A stretch of DNA of 64,000 nt from an uncultured Gemmataceae bacterium. Its GTDB lineage: Bacteria > Planctomycetota > Planctomycetia > Gemmatales > Gemmataceae. The position numbers and the translations under genes are program-made. Every line of letters begins with the position of its first letter. The stretch's first letter is position 1. Shown in pieces: positions 10,801-22,629 of this stretch. The notes under the pieces were generated by a model. That model searched no databases, had not been told where the DNA came from, and saw only the letters and a program-made list of their open reading frames with translations. Location of the stretch: NCBI GenBank assembly GCA_963750165.1, contig CAVVPN010000011.1:928001-992000 (forward strand), written 5' to 3'.

Positions 10801-12571
10801 TCAGCCGTTGGCGAAGAACTCTGGGCCGGACAGCACGGCTGCCTCCAGCGTCAGCAGGTCCAGCGGCAGGCCGGCCAGGCTCGACAGTTCCGCGGCCGAC
10901 GCCGGCCGGTGCAGCAGCGTCAGGAAGTCGCCCGCCACCACCTGAGACCGGTGCTCCGCCGAGTTGGTGAACGCCGCCGCCACGCCCTGCAGCCCCAGCT
11001 GCGGCAGCACGGTGTACCAGCCGGCCAGCTCGGCGGCGTCGCCGGTGCGGCCCAGCGTCAGCCGGTACAGCGCCTGCACGTAATCCGTGTCGATGTGCCC
11101 CAGGAACTCCGGCGAACTCAGGAAGGCGGCCTGCACGTTCTCCGCGCTGACCCCCGACTGCAGCAGGTTGATCCAGCCTTCGCGGCCGGCGTCGGACTGT
11201 CGGCCCAGGTACTGCAGGTAGTAGCCGTCCACGACCCGGCCCAGCGCCTCTCTGGAGCGGAGGATGCCGTTGACGATGACCGCCTGGTTGACGTTGGGGA
11301 TGGCCAGCCAGCCGTCCAGCTCCGCCAGCGTGCCGCTGCGCCCCAGCGCGTCGTTGTACAGCGCCTGCACGAAGGCCCGGCCGGCGCTCAGCGGGGCGCT
11401 GACGTCGATAACGCCGGTGCCGGTGGCCGCGCCCGACACGCTGTCGTCGATCACCAGGTTGGGCGCGGCCCCGAAGATGTTGTTCCGGGCAGTCAGGGTC
11501 GCAGTTGCGGGAGTGTTGAGCAGCCAGATGGCTGCCACGTTGCTGTTGCCCAGGACGGTGAAGCCGCGGAAGTCGTTGCCGCCCAGGCTTCCGAGTGCCC
11601 CGCCACCGAGATCGGCGTTGATGGTAGCGCGGCCGGTGGCGGTACCCTGGTAGAGCACCCCGACCGCGTTGCCGTGGAAATCGTTCCCCTGCACGATTGC
11701 CTGCAAGTTGTCCTGGCTATTGGTCCCGTTGAGGAACAGCCCGGTACCGAGGGAACTGGTATTGATCGTGTTGTTCAGGACCCGAACGAACGTAGGGGTA
11801 AACCCGTTCAAACCGATGCCGATGCGGCCGTTGCTGCCGACGCTCATGGTGATGGAGTTGTTGGCGATGACCACCGGCGCGGCCGCGGTGCCACTGTTAC
11901 CCAAATTAATGGCAGTCTGACCGTCGCCCTCGCCGACAAAGGTGTTGGACTGGATCAACAGGCCCGTGTCATTCGTGACGTCCAACAGCCGAACCGCGGT
12001 GCCGGTGAACGTGTTAAACGTGACCACGTCGTTGGTCGCCGTGCCCCCGGTGTTGCCGCTCAGGGAGACCGAACCGGTGATCCGGTCCTGGGTGATGGAG
12101 TTGTTGCCGTCGCCCGACGCCGCCGTCGTCTCGGTGATGGAGTTGACCAGCGAACGCTGCACCGTCATCCCGCTGTACCCGGCGGCGATGGTCACCGCGC
12201 CGAGGTGCAGGTTCAGGAGGTGGACGCCGGGGGCGGTGATGTTGAGGTCGTAACTGGGCAGGATGTCGCCCGGGATGTTGGGGTCACCCTGGATCAGGAC
12301 CCCCGTCTGAAAGACGCTGACGGGGCCGGGGTCGGGCTGGACGCCGGGCTCGATGGTGATCGTGCCGCCGTTGCCCGCCGCGGACATGGCGTTCCCGGCG
12401 AGGGCGTGGAAGTGCGTGCCGTCGAGCGGCACCGTGTAGGGGACGACGAAGACGCTCGCCGGCACGGCGCGCCCCTCCAGGCGCTCCAGGGTCAGGCGCG
12501 CGCCGGGGGAAGGGACGCCGGCCGCTGGCCGCGCCCTGTTGACGAGATGGCAAATGCGTGAACCAGGTCAT
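10801..12571 (-). CDS. Exported beta-helix + DUF4214 protein, copy D (frameshift at about 12500)
   Basis: The N-terminus MTWFTHLPSRQQ (12571) matches copy A, but a CG dinucleotide is missing at 12497-12502. The body is ORF 10801-12465. Confidence 0.8.
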
Positions 12572-12641
12572 GACGGATCCTTTCCAAAAGCCACACCCAG
12601 GCAGGCGAGACGCCTGCGCGAAAGAAGAAACGGGCCGCCGC

Positions 12642-12717
12642 TCAGCCGTTGGTGAAGAACTCCGGGCCGGACAGCACGGCCGCCTCCAGGGGCGGCAGGT
12701 CCAGCGGCAGGCCGGCG
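12642..12717 (-). pseudogene. Relic C-terminal tail of a fifth array copy
   Basis: AGLPLDLPPLEAAVLSGPEFFTNG* followed by the conserved spacer; the sequence upstream is degraded. Confidence 0.7.
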
Positions 12718-12857
12718 CGAGCCCCGCGGAGATCCCACGCGGACGCCGTGCAGGCGGGCCGGCCGCCCCCGCGTGTTACTCGACCCCAGGCAGCGGGCGC
12801 GCAGCTGCTCCTCCGCCCTGCCGGGTCACCGGACAACTTGGTTAGTGAGGTCAGAAG

Positions 12858-15800
12858 TCAGCGCGGGATTTGCTTCTTCGGCGACTCCGGATTCTCACCT
12901 CCGGACGCCATCTTCATCAGCTCCGCGGCTTCGCTGCGGAGCGGCGGCCAGCCAGGATGTTGGTGGGTCGCCATCCACAGGTCGGCCTTGTCGTACCACC
13001 GGCGCGCCTCGACTTTGTCGCCGAGCTTCCAGTGGACCATGGCCAGGAAGAACCAGTCGGCGCAATCGCCGCCGTTGCGCAGGGACATGGCCTTCTCCAA
13101 CGACTCCCGCGCCGGCTTCCAGTCGCCCGCCCGGTATTGGGCCACGCCCATAGCAATCCAGGCGTTTCCGTCCCTCGGAGCCAGTTGGACGGCTTTTGTG
13201 GCCAGTGGGAGCGCCCGGCCCGGATCGCGAGAGCCGGTATCCGGGCAGTCAACCAACAACCAGGCCAGGAGGTTCAGATAGCTGGCATTCTTTGGGTCCA
13301 ACTCGATAGCCCGTGCGTAGGCGCCGATGGCCTTGTCCCATTGCTTCGACTGGACAAAATCGTTAGCTTGTCGCCCGAGGGCGCGGACCTGACGCACCGG
13401 ATCGCCCGGTTCCACTTCGATTCGCAGGGGCTTGCGGTCCGGCGCCGGCGGCGGGTACGGCGGCAGGTCCCAATCCAGCCCCATCTTGGCCAACCGTTCC
13501 CGGATCGCCCGCAAGTCCCAAACGTGGATCGACGCGCCGTCACCGGTGGCGACCACCAACTGTGTCCCGTCGGCGTTGAAGCTCAGGTAGTTGGCGCCGT
13601 CCTGGTCGGGGTCTTCCAGCCGGGCGTATTCCCGGCCCGTGTCCGGATTGACCAACCGCACCGCCCCGTAACCCGTGTCCACCGCCAGCAACCTGCCGGA
13701 GGGGGACTTGAGGTCGGGGGAAAAGGCGAACCCGCCGCCGCCGATCCGGGGCCCTTCCCGCCACGAGCCGACCGCCCACAGGCGAAGCCCGTCGCCGGTC
13801 GTCGCCAGCCATTTGCCGTCGGGACTGAAGCCAACGCGCGTGCAATCGACGGGCAGATCTTTCTTGCACTCGCCAGTCTGGGCGTCCCAGATTTTCACCC
13901 CCGTTCCGTTGTGGCTGCCGGTGGCCACCCACAGACCGTCGGGGCTAACCGCGACGTACCGGGCGTCGCCATGGGGGGTAAGGCGCACCGGCTGGTCCGG
14001 GCGGGCGGTGTGCACGACGGAGCCGCCCTGGTATTGGGAGACCGCAATCACCCGGCCGTCTTCGCTGCAGGCGACGTGGCAGATCGGACCCGGCACGGAC
14101 AGTTTGTGCGGCGGGCCGATCCGCAGCAATCCCTGCGCCGCCGGGTCGGCCTGGACCGGCCAGCGCAGCAGACCGGCAGACCCGTTGGTCAGCAGAGCGC
14201 CCGACGGTTCAAACAAGACAAAGTTCGTGCCGGGCGACTCGAGGAAAGAGAGTTCCGTGCCGCTGGGCAGTTCCCACAGCCCAACGCCATCCCTCGTCGC
14301 CACGGCCAGTAACCGTCCGTCCGAACGAATCGAGGTGATCAGATACTCGCCCTTGCCGGCGGCCGCGGCGCGGAGCAGCGTCCGATACTCGCCGCCGGCG
14401 GCGACTTCCCAAAGCCTCAACTTGTCATCGCGGCCATCTCCGGACAGCAAGCGGTCATCGGGACTGAAGCGGGGAATCCCGGCCCCGGACTTCGTGCTAA
14501 ACAGTTGCTTGCCCGTTTGGGGGTCCCACAGCCGCAGTTTCCCTTCCCAACCCGTGCTGGCCAGCAGATCGCCGGCATGGTCGAAGGCGATCACAACGCC
14601 GCCGTTCCAGATTCCCTTGATGACCAGAGTTTGTTTACCCGAGGCCACGTCCCACAAATAAATCCGGGAGTCGCTGCCGACTACCGCCAGCGTCTTGCCA
14701 TCGGGTCGCCAGGCCAGGTAGAGTGGCGCGACCGGACCCCGCAAGTCCGCGACCACTTTCCCCGTATCCAGGGCACGGATTTCCACCGAGGTGTCACACG
14801 AGACCGCCAACTGCCGGCCATCGGGATGGAACGCCAAATACTCACCGGGCCGGCCCTTGGGAAGCTCCCGCGGCGGCTGCCCGGAAGCCAGGTCATACAA
14901 GCGGATCGGGCCATCCACGCGGCCGACGGCGCACTGCCGGCTGTCCGGACTGAAGTCGAAGCCATAGGCATCGTTGAGCTGCTCCACCCGAACCGGCTCG
15001 TGACCCCCCAGTTTCCAGAGGTTTAGACCACTGGCTGACCAGACGGACAGGAACTTGCCGTCGCGGCTGAACAGCACCCAGGTTTCGGAGCCGGTGGCGG
15101 GCAGGCGAGCGATTTCCACATCGTCGGCCACGCGGCGGATGCTGACCACCCCCCGCTTGTCCGCCACGGCGACTTGTTCCAGCTTGCCGTCGAAATCGAC
15201 GTGGCGGCTCCCGGGGGGCCAACCGAGTCCTTGCTTGGACCGGCGCAGGTCGGTCAGGGCCAGGCAGGCGATGGCCGTATTGCGGAGTTGCAGGAAATGC
15301 TCGTCGGACAGGTTCAGGTCGCGGGCGATTTTGGTTGCTTCCGCCACGGCCTTGAGACTGCCGAACCGCTGCCCGGGCCTTCGGCTCAGGCTACCCCCCC
15401 TGGCCTGAGCCAGCCGAGCGTCGTAAAGCTGGCGCTTCTCCTGATCTTGGGCCTGCTCGGTAAGGCGTAATTGGGCGAGCGTGGTTTCCTGGGCATCGGT
15501 TTTCGCCTGCAATTGCGTTTGAGCCAGCCCCTCCGCCTCCGTCGCGCGAATCGCCATCCAGGTGCTGACCACCGTGCCCATTACCAGGGCCAATGCCAAC
15601 AGGCCGACCGTCGCCAGAATCTGCTTGTTCCGTCGCGCGAACTTGCGGAATCGGTAGATCGCCGACGCCGGACACGCCTTCACCGGCTCGTCATTCAAGT
15701 AGCGCTGTAAGTCGGCGGCGAAGCTGCTGGCCGTCGGGTAGCGGCGGTTGCGGTCCTTTTCCAGGGTCTTCATCACGATCCAGTCCAGCTCGCCGCGGAC

Positions 15801-16865
15801 TAACGTCGCCAGCTTGGCCGGCTCCATGTGGCGCTGGGCCGAGATCGTTACCAGCGCCTCGCCCGAATCGGTCAGCCGCGTGCTCGGCCTAGGCGGCTCT
15901 TCCTCCTTGATCATGCGGAGGACCTCGCCATAGGCCGCTTCCCGGACCCGCTTGTGGCTCAGCGGCGTGCTGCCGGTCAAGAGTTCGTACAGGAGCACGC
16001 CCAGCGAATAGATGTCGCTGCGGGTATCGACCCCCAGGGCGCTCATCTCCGCCTGCTCCGGGCTCATGTATTCCAGCGTGCCGATGGTGGCGCCGTACTG
16101 CGTGAACAGGGTCCGCTCGGTCAGGCGTTGCTCGGTCGCCTTGGCCACGCCGAAGTCGATCACCTTGGGGACCGGCTTGCCGTCGTAGTGGGTGATCATG
16201 ACGTTGGACGGCTTGACGTCTCTGTGGATGACGCCCTTCTGGTGCGCGTGCTGGATCGCCTGGCAGACCGGCACGAACAGCTCCAACCGCTCACGCGGCG
16301 TCAGCTTGTTGTCGTCGCAGTACTTGGTGATCGGCACGCCGTGGACCAGTTCCATGACGAAGTAGGGCCGACCGGAGTCGGTGGCACCCGCGTCGAGGAC
16401 GCGGGCGATGTTGACGTGGTCCATCATGGCCAGGGCCTGGCGCTCGGCCTCGAAGCGGGCGATCACCTGCTTGCTGTCCATGCCGGCCTTGATGACCTTC
16501 AGGGCGACCTTGCGTTGCACGGGCCGGGTCTGCTCGGCCATGAAGACGGTGCCCATGCCGCCCTCGCCGATCTGCTGGAGCAGCTTGTACGGGCCGATGA
16601 CCGTGCCGGGGCTTTCGCGGAGGGGGACGGCGGCCGCCTCTTCCCCGGGCACGGGCGGGAAGGCCCCCGTGGCCTCCACCGCGACGGCCGGCCGGTCCAG
16701 GAAACTGCCGGCCTCGCGGTGGACTTGGAGAAGGCGCCCCAGTTGCCGCTCCAGTTCGGCATCCCCGCCGCAGGCTTCGCCGACGTAGCCGTCCCACTGC
16801 TCCGGCGGCAGCTTGCCGACGGCGTGCAGAAACAGTTCGCGGGCTTTTCGCAGGTCTGCTGGCAT
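12858..16865 (-). CDS. Ser/Thr protein kinase with TM segment, WD40 propellers and C-terminal TPR (1335 aa)
   Basis: [19 protein letters not shown] and YMSPEQ; hydrophobic [22 protein letters not shown] repeats; TPR-like [16 protein letters not shown]. Confidence 0.93.
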   Translation of the reverse strand: MPADLRKARELFLHAVGKLPPEQWDGYVGEACGGDAELERQLGRLLQVHREAGSFLDRPAVAVEATGAFPPVPGEEAAAVPLRESPGTVIGPYKLLQQIGEGGMGTVFMAEQTRPVQRKVALKVIKAGMDSKQVIARFEAERQALAMMDHVNIARVLDAGATDSGRPYFVMELVHGVPITKYCDDNKLTPRERLELFVPVCQAIQHAHQKGVIHRDVKPSNVMITHYDGKPVPKVIDFGVAKATEQRLTERTLFTQYGATIGTLEYMSPEQAEMSALGVDTRSDIYSLGVLLYELLTGSTPLSHKRVREAAYGEVLRMIKEEEPPRPSTRLTDSGEALVTISAQRHMEPAKLATLVRGELDWIVMKTLEKDRNRRYPTASSFAADLQRYLNDEPVKACPASAIYRFRKFARRNKQILATVGLLALALVMGTVVSTWMAIRATEAEGLAQTQLQAKTDAQETTLAQLRLTEQAQDQEKRQLYDARLAQARGGSLSRRPGQRFGSLKAVAEATKIARDLNLSDEHFLQLRNTAIACLALTDLRRSKQGLGWPPGSRHVDFDGKLEQVAVADKRGVVSIRRVADDVEIARLPATGSETWVLFSRDGKFLSVWSASGLNLWKLGGHEPVRVEQLNDAYGFDFSPDSRQCAVGRVDGPIRLYDLASGQPPRELPKGRPGEYLAFHPDGRQLAVSCDTSVEIRALDTGKVVADLRGPVAPLYLAWRPDGKTLAVVGSDSRIYLWDVASGKQTLVIKGIWNGGVVIAFDHAGDLLASTGWEGKLRLWDPQTGKQLFSTKSGAGIPRFSPDDRLLSGDGRDDKLRLWEVAAGGEYRTLLRAAAAGKGEYLITSIRSDGRLLAVATRDGVGLWELPSGTELSFLESPGTNFVLFEPSGALLTNGSAGLLRWPVQADPAAQGLLRIGPPHKLSVPGPICHVACSEDGRVIAVSQYQGGSVVHTARPDQPVRLTPHGDARYVAVSPDGLWVATGSHNGTGVKIWDAQTGECKKDLPVDCTRVGFSPDGKWLATTGDGLRLWAVGSWREGPRIGGGGFAFSPDLKSPSGRLLAVDTGYGAVRLVNPDTGREYARLEDPDQDGANYLSFNADGTQLVVATGDGASIHVWDLRAIRERLAKMGLDWDLPPYPPPAPDRKPLRIEVEPGDPVRQVRALGRQANDFVQSKQWDKAIGAYARAIELDPKNASYLNLLAWLLVDCPDTGSRDPGRALPLATKAVQLAPRDGNAWIAMGVAQYRAGDWKPARESLEKAMSLRNGGDCADWFFLAMVHWKLGDKVEARRWYDKADLWMATHQHPGWPPLRSEAAELMKMASGGENPESPKKQIPR

Positions 16866-16960
16866 GGCAACACGTCCCTTCCGGTTCGTTGCCTACAGTG
16901 CGGATTCGAGGTTGGAATTGTCCGGAGGAAAAGAAAAAAGAATTCGGTCGCGCCCGCCTA

Positions 16961-17518
16961 TCACTCTCCGTCCAGCAGGGTTTTGAGGAGGACCCGGGCG
17001 TAGGACCAGTGCTCGTAAGCGGTCGAGCGCGAGATGCCGACCACCTCGGCGGCGTCCTCGATCGACAACCCGGCGAAGTAGCGCAGCTGAATCAGTCGGG
17101 CGGCCTGGGGATCGTCGGCGGCCAGGCGGGTCAGGGCTTCATCGATGTCGAGAAGATCGCCCGCCGGCGAGGTGAAGCCGACGTCGGCGGCGTCGAGGGG
17201 CACACGACGACCCTGGCCGCCGCGTTTGACGGCCTGCTTGCGGCGGGCCTGATCGACGAGGATGCGGCGCATGGCCTCGGCGGCGGCGCCGAAGAAGTGG
17301 CCGCGGCTGTTCCACGGCTGCTCGGGGCCCGCGCCGACCAAACGCAAATAGGCCTCGTGGACCAGGGCGGTGGGCTGCAGCGTCTGGCCGGGCCGCTCCT
17401 GGGCCAGTCGCTGGGCGGCGAGCGCACGCAGTTCGTCGTAGACCAGCGGCAACAACTCGGCGGCGGCGTATGGGTCGCCGTGCCCGAGGGCGTCGAGGAT
17501 GCGGGTGACGTCGCTCAT
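16961..17518 (-). CDS. ECF RNA polymerase sigma factor, TIGR02999/ECF43-like
   Basis: LLPLVYDELRALA, TLQPTALVHEAYLRL, LRYFAGLS; lies upstream of the kinase. Confidence 0.93.
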   Translation of the reverse strand: MSDVTRILDALGHGDPYAAAELLPLVYDELRALAAQRLAQERPGQTLQPTALVHEAYLRLVGAGPEQPWNSRGHFFGAAAEAMRRILVDQARRKQAVKRGGQGRRVPLDAADVGFTSPAGDLLDIDEALTRLAADDPQAARLIQLRYFAGLSIEDAAEVVGISRSTAYEHWSYARVLLKTLLDGE

Positions 17519-17871
17519 GCCGGTTAATCTACCGCGCGGACCGCAGCCCGTCTCCCGTGGCGACGGCAGGCGCCTGTGCGTGCTTCGGACTGATCGACAT
17601 GCGCGCGCAAGCCGAAGCGCTCAGCGCGCGTCGGTCCGACGTGTCGGAGCACCTTACCGCCAGCCAGGAAGTCTTGAGCCGAGTACGAAGACAAGCAGGC
17701 TGTGTTCGGCCCCCCTGCGTGGCGATTTCCCCAGCGCCGCCTGATGCGCGGTGGGCGTCGCCGTTCAGTGCCCCGATATGAGTAGTGTAGTGTCAGGCAC
17801 CGTCGGCGCTATACGTTCACCGCAAAATCTAGCTCAAACTCGACCCGCTCTGGTTATCGGCGCGCAAAATG

Positions 17872-19708
17872 GGTTCTTCCGCACTTTTGGTGCAACGGGG
17901 ATAGGATAACGGGATTTGGCGTTCCCGTTGTCCAGCTGGAATCCCCGCGATGTTGCTCCATGACCTTCGCCTGGATGGCCTCGGCCTCCGAGTCACCAGT
18001 GTCGCTCGCACCCCCTCGTTGCTGGTGTTCGCCGTGGTTTCGACCAGCCCTTCCTCTGCGTGCCCCGCTTGCGGCGGACTCTCTGACCGCGTCCATTCCC
18101 ATTACGTCCGCACTCTCCAGGATCTCCCCTGCCACGACCAGCCCGTCGCCATCCGCCTCACGGTCCGCCGTTTCCGCTGTGTCTGCCCTGACTGCCCCAA
18201 GGCGGTCTTCTGTGAGCGCCTCCCGGGCGTACTCGATCCCCACGCACGCGCCACCCGGCGACTGCGCGCCACCCACGGTCAGATCGGCCTGGCCCTCGGC
18301 GGTGAGGCCGGCGCACGCTTGGCCGACGCGATGGCCTGTCCCACCAGCCCCGACACGCTCCTGCGGCGGGTCAAGCGCTTTGAGGGGGATCCCGCGCCCG
18401 AACCGCGTTTCGTCGGTGTGGACGACTGGGCCTGGCGCAAGGGGCAGAGCTACGGCACGATTCTCATCGACCTGGAGCGCGGCCGACCCATCGACATCTT
18501 GCCGGGACGTGACGGCTCCGCGCTCGCCGCCTGGCTGAAGGAGCACCCCCAAGTGGAAGTCATCACCCGTGACCGCTGGGCCGCCTTCGCCCAGGCGGCG
18601 ACCGAGGGCGCGCCGCAGGCCAAGCAGGTAGCCGACCGCTGGCACCTGCTGAAGAACCTGCGCGAGATGCTTGAGCGGCTGTTCGGCCGCCTGGCCGCCG
18701 AGGTCCAGGAGGCCTTAAAGGAGACTGCCGAGACACCTGCCGCCGGGGCAACGGGGTCGGGGTTCGCAGCCCCAGCGACGCAGCCGACGGAGCCGGCCCC
18801 GGCAGCCCTTCCGGACGCCGTGCCGGCAGAACCGTCCCTTGAGCAGCCGAGGCTCACCGCGCGTCAGCAGGCGCGCCAGGTTGGCAAGCAGGCGCGCGCC
18901 GAGCGTCACCAACAGGTGCGGCAGTTGCACGAGCAGGGTGTGTCCCTGCGTGAGATCGTGCGTAGGACGGGGCTGGACCGCAAGGCCGTGCGCCGCTACT
19001 GCCGGCAGGAGCATTGCCCGGACTGGAACCCGGGGCGGACGGGCCGTTCCCAACTGGACGCCTACGCCACGCAGATCGAGACCTGGCTGCAGGGCGGGGA
19101 GAAGAACACGGCGGCCTTGTTCAGGCAGTTGCAGGCGGCGGGGTGTGAGGCCTCCTACGACGCGGTGCGGCGCTTCGTGAACCGGAAGGCGGGCAGCACG
19201 GGGAAGCCGGGACCACGCACCGGGACGCCCGTCGTGCCGCCCGCGCCACCGCCGTCGGCGCGGCAACTGGCCTTCGAGTTCATCAGGCGGGCGGACGAGC
19301 GTCAGGCCGAAGAGACGGCGCGGATGGACAAGCTGCAAGTCGGTGCCGGGGCCTTGCAGGAAGCACTGGCGTTGGCAGGAGAGTTCGCGCGGATGGCTCG
19401 TAAGCAATCGAAGGAGACACTGACGGAGTGGTTGGCGAAGGCAGAGGCGTCGTCGTGCGCCGAGGTGAGGAGCTTCGCCAGCGGCCTGCGCCAGGACGAG
19501 GCGGCGGTGGCAGCAGCGTTGACCGAGTCGTGGAGCAACGGTCCGGTGGAAGGTCAAGTGAATCGGCTGAAGCTGATCAAGCGACAAATGTACGGGCGGG
19601 CGGGCTTTGAGTTGTTGCGGGCAAGGGTCCGGTTCGCTTCTTGACCGCAGGCCCGAAGAATCGGGCACGGAGGAGCACCCCCATCAGCACCAACTCTGCG
19701 GGAGAACC
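17872..19708 (+). mobile_element. ISL3-family insertion sequence
   Basis: Terminal IRs GGTTCTTCCGCACTTTTGGTGC and (reverse complement) GGTTCTCCCGCAGAGTTGGTGC enclose an ISL3 transposase. No direct target duplication seen. Confidence 0.88.
17950..19644 (+). CDS. ISL3-family transposase
   Basis: CPACG..HSHY zinc finger, GVDDWAWRKG, ITRDR, QVADRWHLLKNL and SNGPVEGQVNRLKLIKRQMYGRAGF. Confidence 0.95.
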   Translation: MLLHDLRLDGLGLRVTSVARTPSLLVFAVVSTSPSSACPACGGLSDRVHSHYVRTLQDLPCHDQPVAIRLTVRRFRCVCPDCPKAVFCERLPGVLDPHARATRRLRATHGQIGLALGGEAGARLADAMACPTSPDTLLRRVKRFEGDPAPEPRFVGVDDWAWRKGQSYGTILIDLERGRPIDILPGRDGSALAAWLKEHPQVEVITRDRWAAFAQAATEGAPQAKQVADRWHLLKNLREMLERLFGRLAAEVQEALKETAETPAAGATGSGFAAPATQPTEPAPAALPDAVPAEPSLEQPRLTARQQARQVGKQARAERHQQVRQLHEQGVSLREIVRRTGLDRKAVRRYCRQEHCPDWNPGRTGRSQLDAYATQIETWLQGGEKNTAALFRQLQAAGCEASYDAVRRFVNRKAGSTGKPGPRTGTPVVPPAPPPSARQLAFEFIRRADERQAEETARMDKLQVGAGALQEALALAGEFARMARKQSKETLTEWLAKAEASSCAEVRSFASGLRQDEAAVAAALTESWSNGPVEGQVNRLKLIKRQMYGRAGFELLRARVRFAS

Positions 19709-20026
19709 CGTTTTGCTTGCCGATTACCACCGCACGGCAGCCGTTGTGCAGTGCCTGGCCGATGGAGTTCCAGGTTTCGCGTGTGCCGCGGATTCCGCCG
19801 CACAACTGGTTCGGCCAGGCCCCTTCCTGCGACGTTCGCGCCTGATCGGAGACGAGTAAGCAACCGTCTTGGTCCAAGGTGAACGCCTCCGGTCGAGCAG
19901 CGTCAGCTCAGTTGACTCTACGTCGGGTCCGTTGGCCTGTACCTGGCGGATGTGGGGGCGTCTGGACGACCGTCACCGACTCCAGCCCCCAACGATTAGT
20001 TAGCGAGGCGCTCAAGGTAACTGCCA

Positions 20027-20812
20027 TCATGGAAGGGGCAATAACAGCCCGGCCATGACCATTGTCTCAAAATGCCTCGCCAGCTTATCGGCGAAGTGCT
20101 CGGAGTGGATCAGCACACCGGCTTCGATATTCCGCACCTGCGCCGCCTCCGTGAAGTTGGCGGACGACACGAACGCGACCCGCCGGTCCATCACGACGCA
20201 CTTGGCGTGGAGGCAGGAGCGCTTCCCTGCGTCGGGGTGCAACGAACGGGGGTCGTAGTACAGTTCGGGCAGCCGGTCGCCGGGCCACTCCGCCTGACGG
20301 AATCGGCGAACGAACCGCGCCAGGACTTCAGCGTCCGGGGTGACATCTCCCGGGGACCGTTGCACGTCCAAGAACATCCGCACCACCAACCCGGGGCGCT
20401 GGGCCATGCGTTCGGCCAACGAACGGAACACCTCTCGCCCCTGGTACACCGCATAGCCGGCAACCAGTACATGACTTCGGGCGGCGGCAAACAGCTCGCG
20501 CACGACCACGGCCGTGTCACGGTTGACCGTTCCCGGTGCCTCTGGGCCGGTCCACACCAGATCCACCACGTCATCAGCTACCCGCCCTTGCCGTGCTCTG
20601 CCGACCGATTCCAGCAGCAGAGCCAGGTGTTCCGGACGCATGCCTTCATCAGCCATTTGTTGCAGGCGTTGGGCGACCGGGTCGGCACGGTCAGCGGCGC
20701 AGAAGCGCTGCAAGGTCACGGCGGAGAACGGTGCAAAGAGTCGGCCGGCGCGCATGGCTGCGCCAAGGGCGAACAGGTCCGCTGCGGCCAGTTGCAAGAA
20801 GGGCTCTGTCAT
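20027..20812 (-). CDS. drmC: DISARM phospholipase D-like nuclease
   Basis: LVWTGPE; HKD motif LHAKCVVMD..SSANFT..NIEAG; last gene of the drm operon. Confidence 0.88.
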   Translation of the reverse strand: MTEPFLQLAAADLFALGAAMRAGRLFAPFSAVTLQRFCAADRADPVAQRLQQMADEGMRPEHLALLLESVGRARQGRVADDVVDLVWTGPEAPGTVNRDTAVVVRELFAAARSHVLVAGYAVYQGREVFRSLAERMAQRPGLVVRMFLDVQRSPGDVTPDAEVLARFVRRFRQAEWPGDRLPELYYDPRSLHPDAGKRSCLHAKCVVMDRRVAFVSSANFTEAAQVRNIEAGVLIHSEHFADKLARHFETMVMAGLLLPLP

Positions 20813-20818
20813 GGCGGC

Positions 20819-22629
20819 TCATGGTTGGAAGAACGCGGCGCCGGCCTCCTCCACCGTCGGCACCACCAGAGCACGGTCCAGGAAGTCGTTGAACTGCTCG
20901 CAGCACGTCTCCGCGATCAACAGGCAGCCGTGGCAGGCCGCGCCCTGCAAGAAACGACGTTCGTGTTCGCTCTGGGGTTCGTGCTGGGCACAAACGGGGT
21001 CATTGGAGCACAGGCCGCCCAGATCCAGCGCCGTTCTCAGGTGCCGGTGAATCTGCTTCCCGGTCTCCACGAGTCCGCCCAGAGTGCCCTCGGCGTCCGG
21101 GGTGCCGGTATACAACAGGATACCGTAGCCCCCGTCGTTGGCGTACACCCGCTCGCGGATGGAACTGGCCGGGTAGCCGCACTCCAGCGACACCGCCGTG
21201 ATCAGCAGGTGCGACAGCGAATGCAGCAGCAGGTACGGCGCGTTCGGGAAGGTGCGCTTGCTCTGCGGGTGCTCGTGCAGCCACCCCTGGAAACCAGCCT
21301 CCAGGCGCTTGAGCCGTTCCCGCACCGCGGGCAGCTGCTCCCAGGCGTCGATGGCGTCCATGCGGAACTGCAGGAACACGCCCTCGCCCCGGTTTTCGAC
21401 CGCTGGGATCCAGCTGACCTCGCGGGCCAGCGACGCCATTTCGGCGCCCACCTGCAACTCGCCCTGCACGTCCGGGCCGTTCGGCTCGAAGCGCGTGAAG
21501 CCCACCTGGGCGACCACCTCGCGCAGCCGGTGGACCAGCACGACGCGCTCCACCTTGTCCATCCACGGCCTGTCCCAGACAACGTGCGGCAAGGCGCGGG
21601 CGTAGAACGTGCCGTCGGGGGCGTCGTGACCGACCTCTTCCTGGGCGGTCGTCAACACCTCCAGTTCGGCCTCCTTCACCGACTTGGCTGCCCCGGCGCC
21701 GCCGGGCGCCCGCCGCGCCAGGACCGCCCGCAGTACCTCGGCGTCGCTGAAGCCCTCCAGCATGTGCTTGACGGTCGCCTTCTTGCGCTCGTACCGCAGC
21801 TGCTCCAGGTCCTCGACGCACTCCAGGAACGACCACGCCTGGTTGACCGCCTTCTCCAGAGCCTCGCCGCGGTCGGGCAGCGAAATCACGCTCAGCACGC
21901 GCGGGAAGTAGGCGTTACTGGCGGAGCGCACCAGCAGGCGGTTCGGCTCGCCGCAGGGCTCGCGCGTCTCGGACAGGCCCAGCCACGGGCGGGCACCCTC
22001 GCAGTTGCCCAGCGCCTTCGCGCCAGGTTCGCCGCCTCGCCAATCGGCCGCCACGCCCCACACTCGCAGCGCACCTGAATTTCCGACAGGTCGCCCGTCG
22101 TGCCGCGTTCGTCAAACCACAGTTGCCGCGGGCAACCGGCCTGGCCGGTATGCACGAAGCCGCGCCAGTCGATGTCGCCGATGTGCCCCCGGCGACAGGC
22201 CCGCACGAACCGCACCGGCACCACGGGCCGACGGCGCTTGTTCACGTCGATGAACTCGCCGCGCGTCAGGAACTTGCGGTGGACCAGCAGCCGCGACCGC
22301 ACCAGTTCGTCGCGCCGGTCCCGCTCCACGTCCTGCGTAATGAACCACTCGGGGAACTGCCAGGCGGTGATGCCGGTGCGCGGCGCCCCGGGCAGCTCGC
22401 CGTCCGGCGGCGGCCCGAACAGTCGCAGGGTATCCACCTCCAGCACCCGCCGGGCCTTGTCCACCAGGCGCGGTTCGTGGATCTCATCGCCGACGCCTTC
22501 CCACTGATCCAGCCCGCCGATGATGACGGAGTGGTTCGGCAACTCCAGCAGCGCGCCGGGGCCGAACGTGGTGATGACCTGACTGCGGCGCACCTGGCCG
22601 TTGGGCCGGGCGTTGGGGCGACGGCTCAT
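20819..22629 (-). CDS. drmB: DISARM DUF1998 protein (frameshift at about 22023)
   Basis: The N-part (GQVRRSQVITTFGPGA, ORF 21892-22629) joins the C-part containing LLHSLSHLL, GTLGGL, CSNDPVC and AACHGC. ATGA overlap with drmA. Confidence 0.87.

Larger units (their letters stand above)
5250..12717 (-). repeat. Tandem array with an about 1.85-kb unit (gene + about 72-bp conserved spacer carrying the RBS)
   Basis: Starts at 7025, 8875, 10729 and 12571. Spacers are homologous (GGAAAGGATCCGTC-ATG, one variant). Confidence 0.9.

Noticed and set aside
5250..12717. Diversity-generating retroelement or shufflon driving the array
   Set aside because: No reverse transcriptase or adjacent invertase, all copies are in the same orientation, and the differences are not adenine-specific.
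17775..17870. AGTAGTGTAGTGTCAG as a possible IS end or relic
   Set aside because: No partner inverted repeat or transposase fragment was found.
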